From assembly GCF_963921235.1 (NCBI RefSeq), contig NC_086116.1, positions 57,660,001 to 57,724,000 of the forward strand: a stretch of 64,000 nt of DNA, written 5' to 3'. The stretch comes from Mobula hypostoma (lineage: Eukaryota). Of the stretch, positions 1 to 12,440 are shown in pieces. A program made the position numbers and the translations under genes. Below the pieces are notes generated by a model that made no database searches, was not told the origin of the DNA, and was given only the letters and a program-made list of their open reading frames with translations. How positions within the stretch are numbered: the stretch's first letter is position 1; each line of letters starts with the position of its first letter.

Positions 1-699
1 AGCAGATGCTGAAAATCTGAAATAAAGACAGAAGATGGTGTGTCGATGACGGAAAACATAGAGTCTGTTTCTCTGTGCTTGGGTGTTGCCTGACCTGCTG
101 AATGTTTTTATTTCAATCCTTTGCTCTTTCGCCCTATGGGATTGTTGTCAGCAAGCACGCGCTCGTAAGTTACCCTTGAGAATGGAGGGGTGAGCCACTT
201 CCCTCAAATGCCACAGTGTGTGTGTGGAGAAGGTGTTCCCATTGAACCATGGGAAATTTCCAGGGTATTGTTGTTATGACAACACTGGAATGGGCAACAC
301 GTACCTGAGTCAGAGAGGTGTGTGACTTGGGGAGAACGTGGAATGTGATGTTACCAAATGTCCAATGCCTTTGGAAGATGGTTCTTGTGTCCCTTCCATC
401 TTATTTTTCACACCTCCCCCCACATTCTAGCTACTTTATATTGTTGGTCTGTAATCATCTGACTCTGCAGAGCTGAGAACCCAATCCTGGCGAACAAGTC
501 TTCCATAAATGGCATCTTCAAAGTTCAAAGCACATTTATTATCAAAGTATGTATAACTATATAAAACCTTGAGATTCATCTCCTTACAGGCAGCCACAAA
601 ACATAAAAACACAATACACATTTTTTTAAAGAGCATCAAATAGCCACTGTGCAAAAAACAACAACTTATACAAACAATAAAAAGTAAATAACATGCTGA

Positions 700-1350
700 A
701 CTTTATGAGTTACCTCCTGTCCCCAATAAAGTGTCTACTGAATGTATGTTCATACACAAAGCTGGTGGAACTCAGCAGGTCACACAGCATCTGTAGAAAA
801 AAAGTACAGACGACATTTCAGCCCAAAACATTGACTGTACTTTTTTTCTGTAGATGTTGCCTGGCCTGCTGAGTTCCTCCAGCATTTTGAGTGTGTTGCT
901 TGGATTTCCAGCAACTGCAGATGAGCGTATGTTCGTGGTCTTTTACTGCTGTAGCCCAGCCACTTCAAGTTTTGACGTGTTGTGCATTCAGAGATACTCT
1001 TCTGCACACCACTGTTGTAACATGTAGTTATTTGAGTTCCTGTTGCCTTCCTGTCAGCTTGAATCAGCAAGGCATTTTCACCCACAAAACTGCTGTTCGA
1101 CGTTTTTTTCCCAAAATTCTCTGCAAACTCGAAGCTGTTGGGCATGAGAATTCCAGGAGATCAGCAGTTTCTGCGATACTCAGACCACCTCATCTGGCAC
1201 CAACAATCATTCCAAGATCACAGCCACTTAGATCACATTCCTCCCCCATTCTGAGGTTGGGTTTGAACAACAACTGAACGTCTTGTCCTTATCCACATGA
1301 TACTTGCCTTCACGAGGAGGTGTACCTAATAAAGTGGCCACTGAGTGTGT
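700..1350 (-). mobile_element. Tc1/mariner-derived non-autonomous relic, interrupted at 754-921
   Basis: Terminal motif tacctaataaagtggccactgagtgt; the minus strand encodes a Tc1 transposase fragment (QADRKATGTQITTCYNSGVQKSISECTTR). Related copies at about 4510-5070 and 61197-62765. Confidence 0.75.
754..921. mobile_element. Fold-back mini-element built from two inverted Penelope-like element 3' ends
   Basis: Inverted arms about 754-820 and 824-895 match the PLE tail at 29310-29410; flanked by a degenerate 15-bp duplication (739-753 / 922-936). Confidence 0.65.
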
Positions 1351-1517
1351 TACTGAGGTAATAGACTGTGCTGTTTGGACTTCGACAGTGCTAAAACTTG
1401 CTAACCCTGCCTGCTCTGGTTCACACAGAAAGTGCAGGCAATTCAACGGTGTTGTGTATGGGTGGACGGAAACATTTTGCTTGGAATCTGATTGCTTTCC
1501 TACCTTTCCCCAAATAG

Positions 1518-1589
1518 CACAAGTACACGTCCATCGCTGAAGTTCAGGCCAAGAGGGAGGAGGAGCTTCAGAAATCCCCAGTGTCACTG
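1518..1589 (+). CDS. STRIP2: STRIP2 exon (HKYTSIAEVQAKREEELQKSPVSL)
   Basis: caaatag| acceptor, |gtaagg donor, phase 0/0; matches STRIP HKYTSIAEVQ motif. Confidence 0.9.
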
Positions 1590-2141
1590 GTAAGGACCAC
1601 TTGTGGGGCTGTGTCCCGGTGATATTGAAGATACGGGCTGAGAGGGTTCTTCCAGTACTATTCTGCCACCCCATCCATCGGCTGTCCCTCAGGGCCCGAG
1701 GTTGTCGACCTCCCAGCTCCCCCTCCATCACTCGTACCTGAAGTGAGTCGACACTTCCCGCGTTCCTTATCGGTGTTTGGTGATGCACTGAAACACTGGC
1801 GTTGAGAAGGAGCTGTCACTGGGATTGCCAGGAGATTAGCTGAATTATCCCAGGGAAAGCAGATTTTGGATGCGGCTGATAGAGTTAAGGCTGGAAAGAC
1901 TACAAAGATGGAAAGACGCTGTATAATACTGTGAGGAGAAACTGCTGAGGGAAACCTGTCTGTCGTCAGATCGAGTCTATAATACAGTACAGAGGGTGGG
2001 TGCAATGTTACTGCTCCTGCTACAATAAACAATACTGTCAGCAGTATTCCCACCCAGCTCATGTTAAAGTGATGTGTAACTCAGCAGTGGATAAAGTTGG
2101 GAAACCTTAAGTTATATATTTGCAATTTTTCCTACTTACAG

Positions 2142-2216
2142 GGTGCTGAGACGGTAGAGCAGACTCCAGTTGAAGTTCTCTACCAGGGAATGTTGTACAA
2201 CTTTCCACAGTACATG
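2142..2216 (+). CDS. STRIP2: STRIP2 exon (GAETVEQTPVEVLYQGMLYNFPQYM)
   Basis: ttacag| acceptor, |gtgagt donor; homologous to STRIP E.LYQG.L..LPQYM. Confidence 0.92.
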
Positions 2217-2255
2217 GTGAGTATTGTTCACCCACAACTCAAGACACTAGCAGTC

Positions 2256-2330
2256 CCGCCGCCCACGGCCGGTGACGGTAACGACCCCGCCGCCCACGAC
2301 CGGTGACGGTAACGACCCCGCCGCCCATGG
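2256..2330. repeat. 31-bp CpG-rich tandem repeat, about 2.5 copies
   Basis: ccgccgcccacgaccggtgacggtaacgacc repeated. Confidence 0.85.
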
Positions 2331-2489
2331 TCAGTGACTGTCTAAACATTGCCCTGCCCCCTCCCCACAGCCAGTGACTAACGATCACACTGCCAAACCA
2401 CCCTGCCTCTCCCCCACCATAGACTTGTCTCTGCCTCCAGATCATTGGCTGCTTTGCTACTCTGTACACCCAGCACCCTTCTGCCTGCC

Positions 2490-3546
2490 CACTCTTCATC
2501 CTGCTGGCTGACACAGGAGCTACAGGTTGCATCAACACCCCTCCTCCCCATCCTGCTGATTGACACAGGAGTTACAGGTTGCATCAACACCCCTCCTCCC
2601 CATCCTGCTGACTGACACAGGAGTTACAGTTTGCAGCAACACCCCTCCTCCCCACCCTGCTGACTGACACAGGAGTTACAGTTTGCATCAACACCCCTCC
2701 TCCCCATCCTGCTGACTGACACAGGAGTTACAGTTTGCAGCAACACCCCTCCTCCCCATCCTGCTGACTGACACAGGAGTTACAGTTTGCAGCAACACCC
2801 CTCCTCCCCATCCTGCTGACTGACACAGGAGTTACAGTTTGCAGCAACACCCCTCCTCCCCACCCTGCTGACTGACACAGGAGTTACAGTTTGCATCAAC
2901 ACCCCTCCTCCCCATCCTGCTGACTGACACAGGAGTTACAGTTTGCAGCAACACCCCTCCTCCCCATCCTGCTGACTGACACAGGAGTTACAGTTTGCAG
3001 CAACACCCCTCCTCCCCACCCTGCTGACTGACACAGGAGTTACAGTTTGCATCAACACCCCTCCTCCCCATCCTGCTGACTGACACAGGAGTTACAGGTT
3101 ACATCAACACCCCTCCTCCCCATCCTGCTGATTGACACAGGAGTTACAGGTTGCATCAACACCCCTCCTCCCCACCCTGCTGACTGACACAGGAGTTACA
3201 GTTTGCATCAACACCCCTCCTCCCCATCCTGCTGACTGACACAGGAGTTACAGGTTACATCAACACCCCTCCTCCCCATCCTGCTGATTGACACAGGAGT
3301 TACAGGTTGCATCAACACCCCTCCTCCCCATCCTGCTGACTGACACAGGAGTTACAGTTTGCATCAACACCCCTCCTCCCCACCCTGCTGATTGACACAG
3401 GAGTTACAGGTTGCATCAACACCCCTCCTCCCCACTCTGCTGATTGACACAGGAGTTACAGTTTGCATCAACACCCCTCCTCCCCATCCTGCTGATTGAC
3501 ACAGGAGTTACAGTTTGCATCAACACCCCTCCTCCCCATCCTGCTG
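2490..3546. repeat. 52-bp minisatellite, about 20 copies, in a STRIP2 intron
   Basis: Unit acacccctcctccccatcctgctgactgacacaggagttacagtttgcatca; period 52, no spacers. Confidence 0.97.
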
Positions 3547-4151
3547 TTTCTGGTGTTCTGCTTCCCTTCTCCTGCCAGTGGAAGCTGTGATAATAACAGG
3601 ACTTGCCTCACTGTCCAGCTCTGAGTGTGTAGGGCCTATTTCTCATTTTCATTTTCTTCCCTGCTTCTCGTTTCCTCTGGAATTAGGTTATTGGGGATGG
3701 AGGGAGAATTAATGTCCTCTCCCTGCCATACTTCACAACCCATTTGGTACTTTCCCTGGTGACATGACTCGGTGCTGAGGCTGTTGGTTCAAGCAGATAT
3801 TTCTGGGATTTATGACTTGTGGAAGCACAGCACTACCAGCCGTACCATCTTCAGCGTGTAACATGTGTGCTTGAACCAACTAACCTCAGCACGTGACTTT
3901 TAAATTCAGTAACCCATTGAAGATCTCAAAAATATTCCAAAGAAGATCAAGGAAGTTCCCTTGGTTAATCACCAGAAACTGATGATCTGCTATTGGGGTG
4001 AGAAAGTTGTGTATAATCTGGCTATCTCATTTTCAAGCAACTACAGTATCTGACGAGAGATCGATTGGTTGTCAGAGACATGATAGCCTAGGTTAGTGAT
4101 GTATAAGATCCTTCCTCCATACACCATGTTGTGACGAGGCTTCCTCTGCAG

Positions 4152-4249
4152 ATAGCTTTGCTGAAGATCCAGCTGGCAGCTGCTCCCACCTCCAAGGCAA
4201 AGACTGACTCCATCAATATCCTAGCTGATGTTCTTCCTGAGGAAATGCC
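4152..4249 (+). CDS. STRIP2: STRIP2 exon (IALLKIQLAAAPTSKAKTDSINILADVLPEEMP)
   Basis: ctgcag| and |gtgagt; near-invariant STRIP motif. Confidence 0.95.
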
Positions 4250-4509
4250 GTGAGTTTTGTTTCAGTTTTGATTTAATTTCAATAATTGTCATGCATTTCT
4301 TTACCTTATAGCTGTGAGAAGTGGTTTGTAACCTTTTATATCTAATGCATTCATTCTCCTTGAGTTTTCCTTTAACAAAAATCTCATTAGGTTTCCCTGT
4401 TTTCCCCTACCTTCCTCACCAGAAGCTTTTTCCTATGTCAGACAAGCTTTCCAGTTTCCCCCATCATGACAGCAATGCCAAAGTTCAAAGTAACTTTATT
4501 ATCAGGATT

Positions 4510-5070
4510 GCTGTCGGTGGCCTCTTTATTGGGTGCACCTGTACATCTATCAATGATGCAAATATCTGATCAGCCAATCATGCCAGCAGCTCGATGTGTC
4601 TGCATGCTGTTATGCAATCAAGAGGTTCAGTTATTCAGACCAAATATTACAGTGGGGAAGAAATGTGATCTAAGTGACCTTGAATGTGGAATGCTTGCTG
4701 GTGCCAGGCAAGGTGGTTTGAGTATTTCAGAAACTTAATCCCGTGGGATTTTTCTGACACAACACTCTATTGAGATCACAGAGAATGGTGAGAAAAACTA
4801 AAAACATCCAGTGTGTTCCAATTCTTTGGGTGAAACACCTTGTAAATGAGATAGATCAGAGTAGAATACTGACAAGAAGGTGACAGTAACTCAAATAATC
4901 ACATGTTACAGCAGTGTGTGCAGAAGAACTTCTCTGAATGCACAACACATGGAACCTTAAACTATGGTTCTGGATGGACTACAGCAGCAGAAGACCACAA
5001 AAATATTCTGTACTTGGTAACCACTTTGCTATCACAGGACGTACCTAATAAAGTGTCCACTCAGTGTTTG
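4510..5070 (+). mobile_element. Tc1/mariner-derived relic
   Basis: Degenerate TIRs (gtggcctctttattgggtgcac ... gtacctaataaagtgtccactcagtgt); same family as 700-1350. Confidence 0.7.
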
Positions 5071-5089
5071 TGAATACCACCATCTACTA

Positions 5090-5690
5090 CCTTGAGATTC
5101 ATTTTCTTGCAGGCATTTACAGGAGAATAAAGAACTACAATAGAATATATGAAAATCTACACATAAGTTGACAAACAGCTAATTGGAAAGAGAAGACAAA
5201 TTTTGCAAATAAAGATTAATAAATATTACTGAGAACACAAGTTGCAGAGTCCTTGAAAGCCCATGGGTTGTGGAATCAGTTCAGAGTTGCGGCAAGTTAA
5301 GGTATTCATGCTGGTTCAGGAGCCTAGTGTTTGTAGGGTAATAACTGTTCCTGAATCTGGTGGTGTGGTACCTCCTGCCCTATGGTATTCGTGAGAAGAG
5401 AGCATGGTCTTGGACGGTGGGTGCTTGATGATGGGTGCTGCTTTCTTGTGGCAGCGCTCCATGTCAATATACTCAATGGAGGGCTTTTCCTGTGATGGAC
5501 TGGGCTCCATCTCTCACCTTCTGTAGGCTTTTCCATTCCTGGCCATTGGTGTTTCCATACCAGGCCATGATGCAGCCAATTAGGATACTCCCCAGTATAC
5601 GTCTATCGAAGTTTATGTCGAAGTTTTAGATGACAGACCAAAGTTATACAAACTTCTAAGAAAGTAGAGGTGCTGTTGTGCCTTCTTTTG
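5090..5690 (-). mobile_element. Rex1/Babar-like LINE 3' fragment
   Basis: Antisense match to the post-RT region of 53580-53900 plus a shared 3' tail; similar copies at about 17370-18170 and 35020-35340. Confidence 0.6.
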
Positions 5691-6508
5691 TGAAAAGTTC
5701 ATTTAGGAACAAACAGTTTTATTCCTAGCTCAAAAAGTTCACAACGTTAGAGATTGGGTCTTCACACTGCTGCCTTCGTCTGTGAGCTAAGGAGAGCAGA
5801 ATCGAATAATGTTGGGAATTATCATTCCACTCCAATGTCCTGAGCTCAGAAGGCACTGCCAGTAGTTACAAACCTGGTCTGAGATCAGTTATTGGTCTCT
5901 CTCAAAGTGTGGGAGATACTCACAAACCAATAAAACTACTGCTGTCGTCATGTCAATGCTAAACTGATTTACTGTTCCATTTGTTCCCCTGGTTGTAAAG
6001 TAGTAAATGCATCAAGAACTAACCTTTCCCAAGAGGTCTTTCAAATCTTTGTTTGTGTCAAAAGAAATCAATACTGTTTCTATCTCATCCTCTGTGCATT
6101 GGTTCTTGGTCCTTTTTTAAATTGGGTTCTTTCAGGTTTCTTGCTTTGTGACAGCCAATAAGGAGATGAATCTCAAGGTTGTAAAATTTATACATTCTTT
6201 GATAATAAGTGTACTTTGAATCCTTTGTTCAAACCTTCTCCACTCCATTTTTGTCCTCTTCAGTACAAAGGGGAAGACTTTCTCTTGAGGCAACACCCCA
6301 AAAAACTGAACTTAGAATTTTTGACATGTCTATAGTTCATTTTATTTAACAGGAAATATTGATAACATAATTAAGGAAATTTGCTTAAAATTTCTAATTG
6401 GTTGATATGGACTGATGGGCCACTTTGGAGGGTTTAGGAGGAGATTACTTGTAATACAGATTTGAGTATTTCAAGGTGAAATCTTCTTGGTTGTTACATT
6501 TCCTGCAG

Positions 6509-6635
6509 CACCACTGTGCTACAAAGCATGAAGTTGGGTATTGACGTCAACAGGCACAAGGAGATCATCGTGAAAGCCGTCTCGACACTTATGCTTCTGC
6601 TGCTCAAACACCTCAAACTCAACCATATCTACCAG
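6509..6635 (+). CDS. STRIP2: STRIP2 exon (TTVLQSMKLGIDVNRHKEIIVKAVSTLMLLLLKHLKLNHIYQ)
   Basis: ctgcag| and |gtgagc; phase continuous with neighbouring exons. Confidence 0.95.
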
Positions 6636-7274
6636 GTGAGCGTTGTGTGAGCCAGCATCCCATGGTCCCTGCCGGGCACTTCAGATCAGCTCCGGGTGCT
6701 CACCGTAAACTGGAACATGGTACCTGTGTCCCTCTCCCTTACCTTGCTCAATCTGCCCGTCATTCTTCAACCACTACCCCCAAACCCCCAGTTTTCAGCC
6801 TACCTGTCCCACCACTACCCCCCACCTCTCGTTAAACTGACCACGTCCCCTCTCTGCTCTCAACCTGACGCAGGGTTCCTTATCCCCACAATTGCTGCTC
6901 AAACAGCTGACTTCCTCCAGCACCAAGTTCCTAAGGCAGCACCTTCCAGACCCACGACCACTGCCATCTAAAAGGACGAGAACAGCAGATACCTGGGAAC
7001 ACCACCACTTGGAAATTCCCCTCCAAGTCACTCACCATCCTGACTTGTAGACATATTGCTGGGTCAAAGTCATGGAATCCCTCCCTGACAGCGCCGTGGG
7101 TGTATCCTCACCTCAGGGACTGCAGCGGTTCAAGAAGGCAGCTCATTGCCACCTTCTCAAGGGCAACTAGGGATGGGCAATAAATGCTGATTTAGCTGGC
7201 GATGCCCACAGCCCATAAATGAATAAATAAAAAAAGATTGTTTGTTGCCCCAGACTGGGGGAAGCGGGTAGGGG

Positions 7275-7560
7275 AGGCCATAGTAGAATAGTAGTTAGGG
7301 TGGTGTTATTACAGCTCGGGCGTCGGAGTTCAGAGTTCAGAGTTCAATTCCAGCGTCCTCTGTAAGCAAGCTTGAACATCCCTCCCCGTGTATGTGCACA
7401 GAGCTTTCCTCTGGGTGCTCCGGTCTCCTCCCACAGTCCAAAGATGTACCGGTTAGCAGGTTAATTGCCCCATGACTAGGCTGGGGTTAAATTGGTGGGT
7501 TGCTGGGTGGCATGGCTCAAAGGGCTGGGAGGGCCCCTTCCACGTTGCATCTCTTTAAAA
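7275..7560 (+). mobile_element. tRNA-derived V-SINE (HE1-like); further copies about 8700-8850, 14800-15040(-), 37050-37270, 45560-45770(-)
   Basis: B-box-like gagttcaattcc plus V-domain tttcctctgggtgctccggtctcctcccacagtccaaagatgtac. Confidence 0.7.
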
Positions 7561-8405
7561 AATCCCAGCATCTGCAATCTTTTTTGTCTCCACCTCTGTC
7601 TCGGAGAAGAAAACTGAAGGGCTCAGGGCAGGAATTCCTGGCACGTCCTGTCAGCAGTCAAAGCCTCAGATCTGAGTGGTCTGAATAACTGGGGGAGACG
7701 CGTGGAAATAGGAAGCGTGTGCATAGGGATTAACAATTCTACCTTTAAATGACCTCTGGACATTTAATCCAGAAGGTATGCATGTGTGAAAAGTTCTGAA
7801 TTTGAAGCTGAAAAGGGACAGGGCCATACTCACCTGTATCTTAGGGACAGAAACTAAGAAGATGGTGGAAACTCAGGGACCATAATTCTGTAAATTTCAA
7901 GGTAGTTCTATAAAGAGATATGGTTAGTTCTCAAGTTGAGGCCATGAACCGGGGAAAGGCTGAATTCAATAGCATGAGAAAGGACCTGGCCAAAGTAGAT
8001 TGGGAGCAAACGCTGCGGGAAAATGGCAGCGGACAAGTTGGAATCTTTTATATATAAAAAAAAGTTAGCAAGAGTTGGGGATCAACATGTTCTGGTAAAG
8101 GGGAAAGGTTATGATGGCAAGAGTAGGGAAGCTCAGATAACAAAGGGTGCTGAATATTTGATCGGGGAGAAAGGGGAAACACACGGCAGGTATGTGCACC
8201 CAGAACTGAGAGAGTCTCCTGAGGAATGTCGAGTGTGTAGGAGGGACTGAGGAAGGTCAAATGGTGACAACACGGGAACAGGGGAAGTTGAGCGTGGGGA
8301 TTTTGGTGAAGTGCAGGCTTCAGTGGCCCAAGTATGTGCTGAAACTTGGTTTGAGTTGGGCAAAGGGATGTCCCCTTCTTATTCTCCTTGTTCTTCTCCT
8401 CCTAG

Positions 8406-8506
8406 TTCGAGTATGTTTCGCAGCACTTGGTATTTGCCAACTGTATTCCTCTTATTCTGAAGTTCTTCAATCAGAACATCATGTCTTACATCACAGCCAA
8501 GAACAG
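8406..8506 (+). CDS. STRIP2: STRIP2 exon (FEYVSQHLVFANCIPLILKFFNQNIMSYITAKNS)
   Basis: cctag| and |gtaaga; conserved STRIP sequence. Confidence 0.95.
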
Positions 8507-9791
8507 GTAAGAACAGCTCGGAACTCTGTATACAGGACATCAGTTTGTAACCGAGTTAGCATCTTCTGATCCCTGTGGGGAAGTCCACGGGGGAGAGGTG
8601 TGGGAAGAATGGGCCTCACTCAGGGCCATCTGGGAACATTCCAAGGTCATTTCTCAGGCCCAGGGTCAGCATTTCTGGCACCATCTGTACATCCACCCTG
8701 TGGAATGTGTGGGGTTTCTCCAGGTTTCCTCCCACACTCCAAAGATGTACCAGTTGGTGGGTTAATTGGTCATGGTAAATTGTCTCCTGACTAGTTGAGG
8801 GTTTATCAGGTTTGTCAGGGGTTGCTGGGGCTGTGTGTCTCAAAGGGTCGAAGGACCTGTGGAATGCTCTGCCTCAGAAGGCAATGGAGGACAATTGGCT
8901 GGATGCTTTCAAGAAAGAGTTAGATAGAGCTCTTAATGATAGCAGAGTCAAGGAATATAGGGAGAAGGCAGGAACGGGGTACTGATTGTGGATGATTAGC
9001 CATGATCACAGTGAATGGCGGTGCTGGCTCGAAGGGCCGAATGGCCTACTCCTGCACCTATTGTCTATTGTCTATTGACCTACTCTTTGCTGTATTTCAA
9101 AGTCTTTTCCACCAAAGAGCTGGTGTCTGGTATCTTATCTGTGACATTTCTGGTTGAAACCCTACATCAGACTGAGATCCTCCAGCAGGTTTTATTTTTA
9201 ATTCGGATTCCAGCATCTGTAGCCTCTGAACTAACTGGATTGCCTAGGAGAACCTAAGGATGTCCGATGTGCCAAATAGACAGCCCAGATTTGAATGAAA
9301 AACAGAATAGTGTTGGAGGAGGCAGAGGCAGCAGACAGTTATGGAGAGATCCTCTGTGAACTGCACAATGTGAGAAAGTGAGAGGCAGCTTTCACCAATA
9401 GTGAAGCATACTCTAATGAAGTCAGTGTTAGGAAGTATGACCCCAAGTGGCTGGACACTGTCCTGTAAAACCGTGTGAACTACCTGCAAATCGCCAGAAG
9501 GAATTTATTTAGCCAGAAGGTGGTGAATCCATGAAATTCATTGCTACAGACAGCAGTGGAGGCCAAATCATTGGGAATATTTAAAGCAGAGGTTGGTAGG
9601 TTCACAATGAGTCAGGGTGTAAAAGGTTGTGACGAGAAGGCAAGAGAATGGGGTTGAGTGGGATAGTAAGTGATGGAATGGCAGAGCAGATTCAGTGGGC
9701 TGAATGGCCTCATTCTATGCCTATGCCTTATGGTCTATGAGTGGACAAACAACGTGCCTTTGTCACTGATGTGCTGTCTCTTTGTGCACAG

Positions 9792-9858
9792 TATCAGTGT
9801 CCTGGATTATCCTCACTGCGTGATTCATGAGCTACCAGAACTCACCACTGAGGCTCTG
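9792..9858 (+). CDS. STRIP2: STRIP2 exon (ISVLDYPHCVIHELPELTTEAL)
   Basis: gcacag| and |gtaagt. Confidence 0.95.
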
Positions 9859-10049
9859 GTAAGTACAGAGAATAGTCTTTTCAAACTGGATTGCAGAGTT
9901 GGGATGGTAAAGCACTGACAATTGTCTTCCCTTTCCTGGGTTGGGATTACTTAACCACTGAGTGCCACTGGGAAAGACGAGTGCTGGGTGAACCTGGGAT
10001 CCAGCATCAGCCATGCTATACTGCTGTGTTCCACCATTATACATTGTAC

Positions 10050-10615
10050 CACTCAGCTCTGATCAGTGGAGTGGTAATGGGGACAAGCTCCCACTGCCTA
10101 TTAAATGCTCCCAGTGGCGTGCGCCACAAATAGCCTCTGACAACCAGCTCCAGCTCCCGGCCTTCATGTGTGACTTAGCTACTAAGCCCAGTGGAACTTT
10201 TTCTACCGAAAGGAGAAGGGGCAAAGCCAGATTATTGGCGCCTTAAAACAGGCAGATGGGGCTCGTCAGCCGTGGTTGTCAGCTCATCCAGGAGAAGGAA
10301 AACTCTGATCTCAAACCTCCGCTGCCTCGTGGCTGTACCCACTTATGGGGAAGGCTTCAGGAGTACATCTTGTGGGAAAAATCCAGAGCTAAAGTCCCTA
10401 TGCTGATTTCAATGCTGACTGGCAACTCATGTGATGCTGCTGATGCCAAACTGTATCAGTCCCTGCCGTTCCTTTGGGTTAATCGGATGTGTGGAGATGG
10501 GGAGCTTGCTACATGAGCAACAGCTTGCTCTCCATATCGTACTGCCCATTCTTGCATATCTAGACAGCCAGGACACAATATCCACGGTTAACTCTGACCG
10601 ACGGAGGCCTCAGAC
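10050..10615 (+). mobile_element. Non-autonomous element sharing the 5' region of the RTE at 54131
   Basis: Colinear similarity to 54150-54650 (caaatagcctctgacaacc...gaaggaaaactctgat...aaacctccgctgcc); another copy at 63870-64000(-). Confidence 0.65.
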
Positions 10616-11366
10616 AGCAGTGTATCCCATGCTCTGAGAAGGTGACATTGCACTCTGATCCATGCTTGCATTTCCTGATGGACAAAAAATGGAAGGTGAC
10701 AAAAAAAAATCAGCAATAAATTAAGGATTTTCCTGAAAGTTGAAGAATATTTGACAACTGCCTGGTTGCAATAAAAAAAGGTTCCGAGGTTTGTTTATTA
10801 TTGAGGTATGTATGCAGTACACAACTCTGAGATTCGTCTTCTCCAGATAGCCACAAAACCAAGAAAAACAATGGAAGTTGGTTCAGAGAGAAACAGCAAA
10901 CCTTTACCCCCACACTAAAAGAGAACAGCAACATGATCAACCTGCACCCCCACCCCCTCCCCTGAACAAAACAAGAACATTGACTCCCAAAACCCCTTCC
11001 CCCACACAAAATGCAATCGACCCCCAAATTCCCCCCTCTCTGCACAAAAAAAACTAACAGGAATGTAACAAGAACATCAACCCTCAAATCCACCGTATCC
11101 CCACACAGGAAGAAAAAAACAATGAGGAAGAAAAAAACAATGAGAAAGAACGGGCGAAAACACAGAATATAAAACCCATAGAACTGAAAGAGTCCATAGC
11201 TCAAATCCATAAATGTCGGTAACATCCTCCAACGTCATCAGAAGAGAGAGATGTGCAGAGGCCTACCCTCCGAGCACTGCAATAGGCTCCTTCTCCAACA
11301 GCAGAGCCACAGTAGGCCTCACGGGCTCCTTCTCCAGATCAGCGAACAGAAGGCAGATGGTCAGGC

Positions 11367-12187
11367 CCACATCACTCAGCAGGTCGGGCAGCATCCGTGG
11401 AAAAGATCGGTCGACGTTTTGGTCCGGAGCCCTTCGTCAGGACTGCAGAGGCCCTATAAAGAAGGTGGGAGGAGGGTGGGAAGGAGAAGGCTGGTAGATT
11501 CCAGGTGAAAAACCAGTAAGGGGAAAGATAAAAGGGAGGGGAGGTGACAGGCAGGAAAGGTGAAGAAGGAATAGGGGAAAACACAATGGGTAGTAGAAGG
11601 AGGCGGAACCATGAAGGAGGTGATAGGCAGCTGGGGTAGCCACCCACTTCAGCTCTGCTTCCCACTCCATTCAGATGTGTCCATACATGGCCTCCTCTAC
11701 TGCCATGATGAGTCTAAACTCAGGTTGGAGGAGCAACACCTCATATACTGTCTAGGTAGTCTCCAGCCCCTTGGTATGAACATAGAATTCTCCAACTTCC
11801 GGTAATTCCCTCCCCCTCCTTTCCTCTATCCCTATGTCACTCTGCTCCCTCCCCCAGCTGCCTATCACCTCCTTCATGGTTCCACCTCCTTCTACCACCC
11901 ATTGTGTTTTCCCCTATTCTTTCTTCACCTTTCCTGCCTGTCACCTCCCCCTCCCCTTTATCTTTCCCCTTACTGGTTTTTCACCTGGAACCTACCAGCC
12001 TTCTCCTTCCCACCCTCCCCCCACCTTCTTAATAGGGCCTCTGCCCCTTCCCTCTTCAGACCTGACGAAGGGTTCCGGCCCGAAACGGCGACTGATCTTT
12101 TCCACGGATGCTGCCCGACCTGCTGAGTTCCTCCAGCTTGTTGTGAGTGTTGCTTTGACCCCACATCTGCAGAATATTTTGTGTTTA
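11367..12187 (+). mobile_element. 5'-truncated Penelope-like element with inverted pLTR copy
   Basis: GIY-YIG C-terminal coding fragment (SDVSIHGLLYC...EEQHLIYCLGSLQP, stop 11805); inverted arms 11374-11636 / 11852-12128; 12-bp TSD AGATGGTCAGGC at 11355-11366 and 12188-12199. Confidence 0.9.
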
Positions 12188-12440
12188 AGATGGTCAGGCT
12201 CGTCTTCCGCATTAGCTTTGATGTTTCAATCTTCCATGTCGCTTTAATGGGTGAATAATGGAAGCTCTAATCGACGAAATGGAATCAAACATCAGCTCGC
12301 ACTCTGTCTTATAGTTTCTTCACCTTGAGGCTCGTTCTCACTGCTTCCCTGAATCATCTTAGAGACAGCAAAGCGCTGGGTCTCCAAACTGTAAGTTGCA
12401 GGCTCTAACAGTTCCAGAAATCCATTTAAGATCAAAACAG

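Noticed and set aside
2490-3546. CRISPR-like array (also 23225-24055, 41295-41873, 59078-59795)
   Set aside because: Head-to-tail units with no unique spacers, no cas genes, and a vertebrate intronic context: these are minisatellites.
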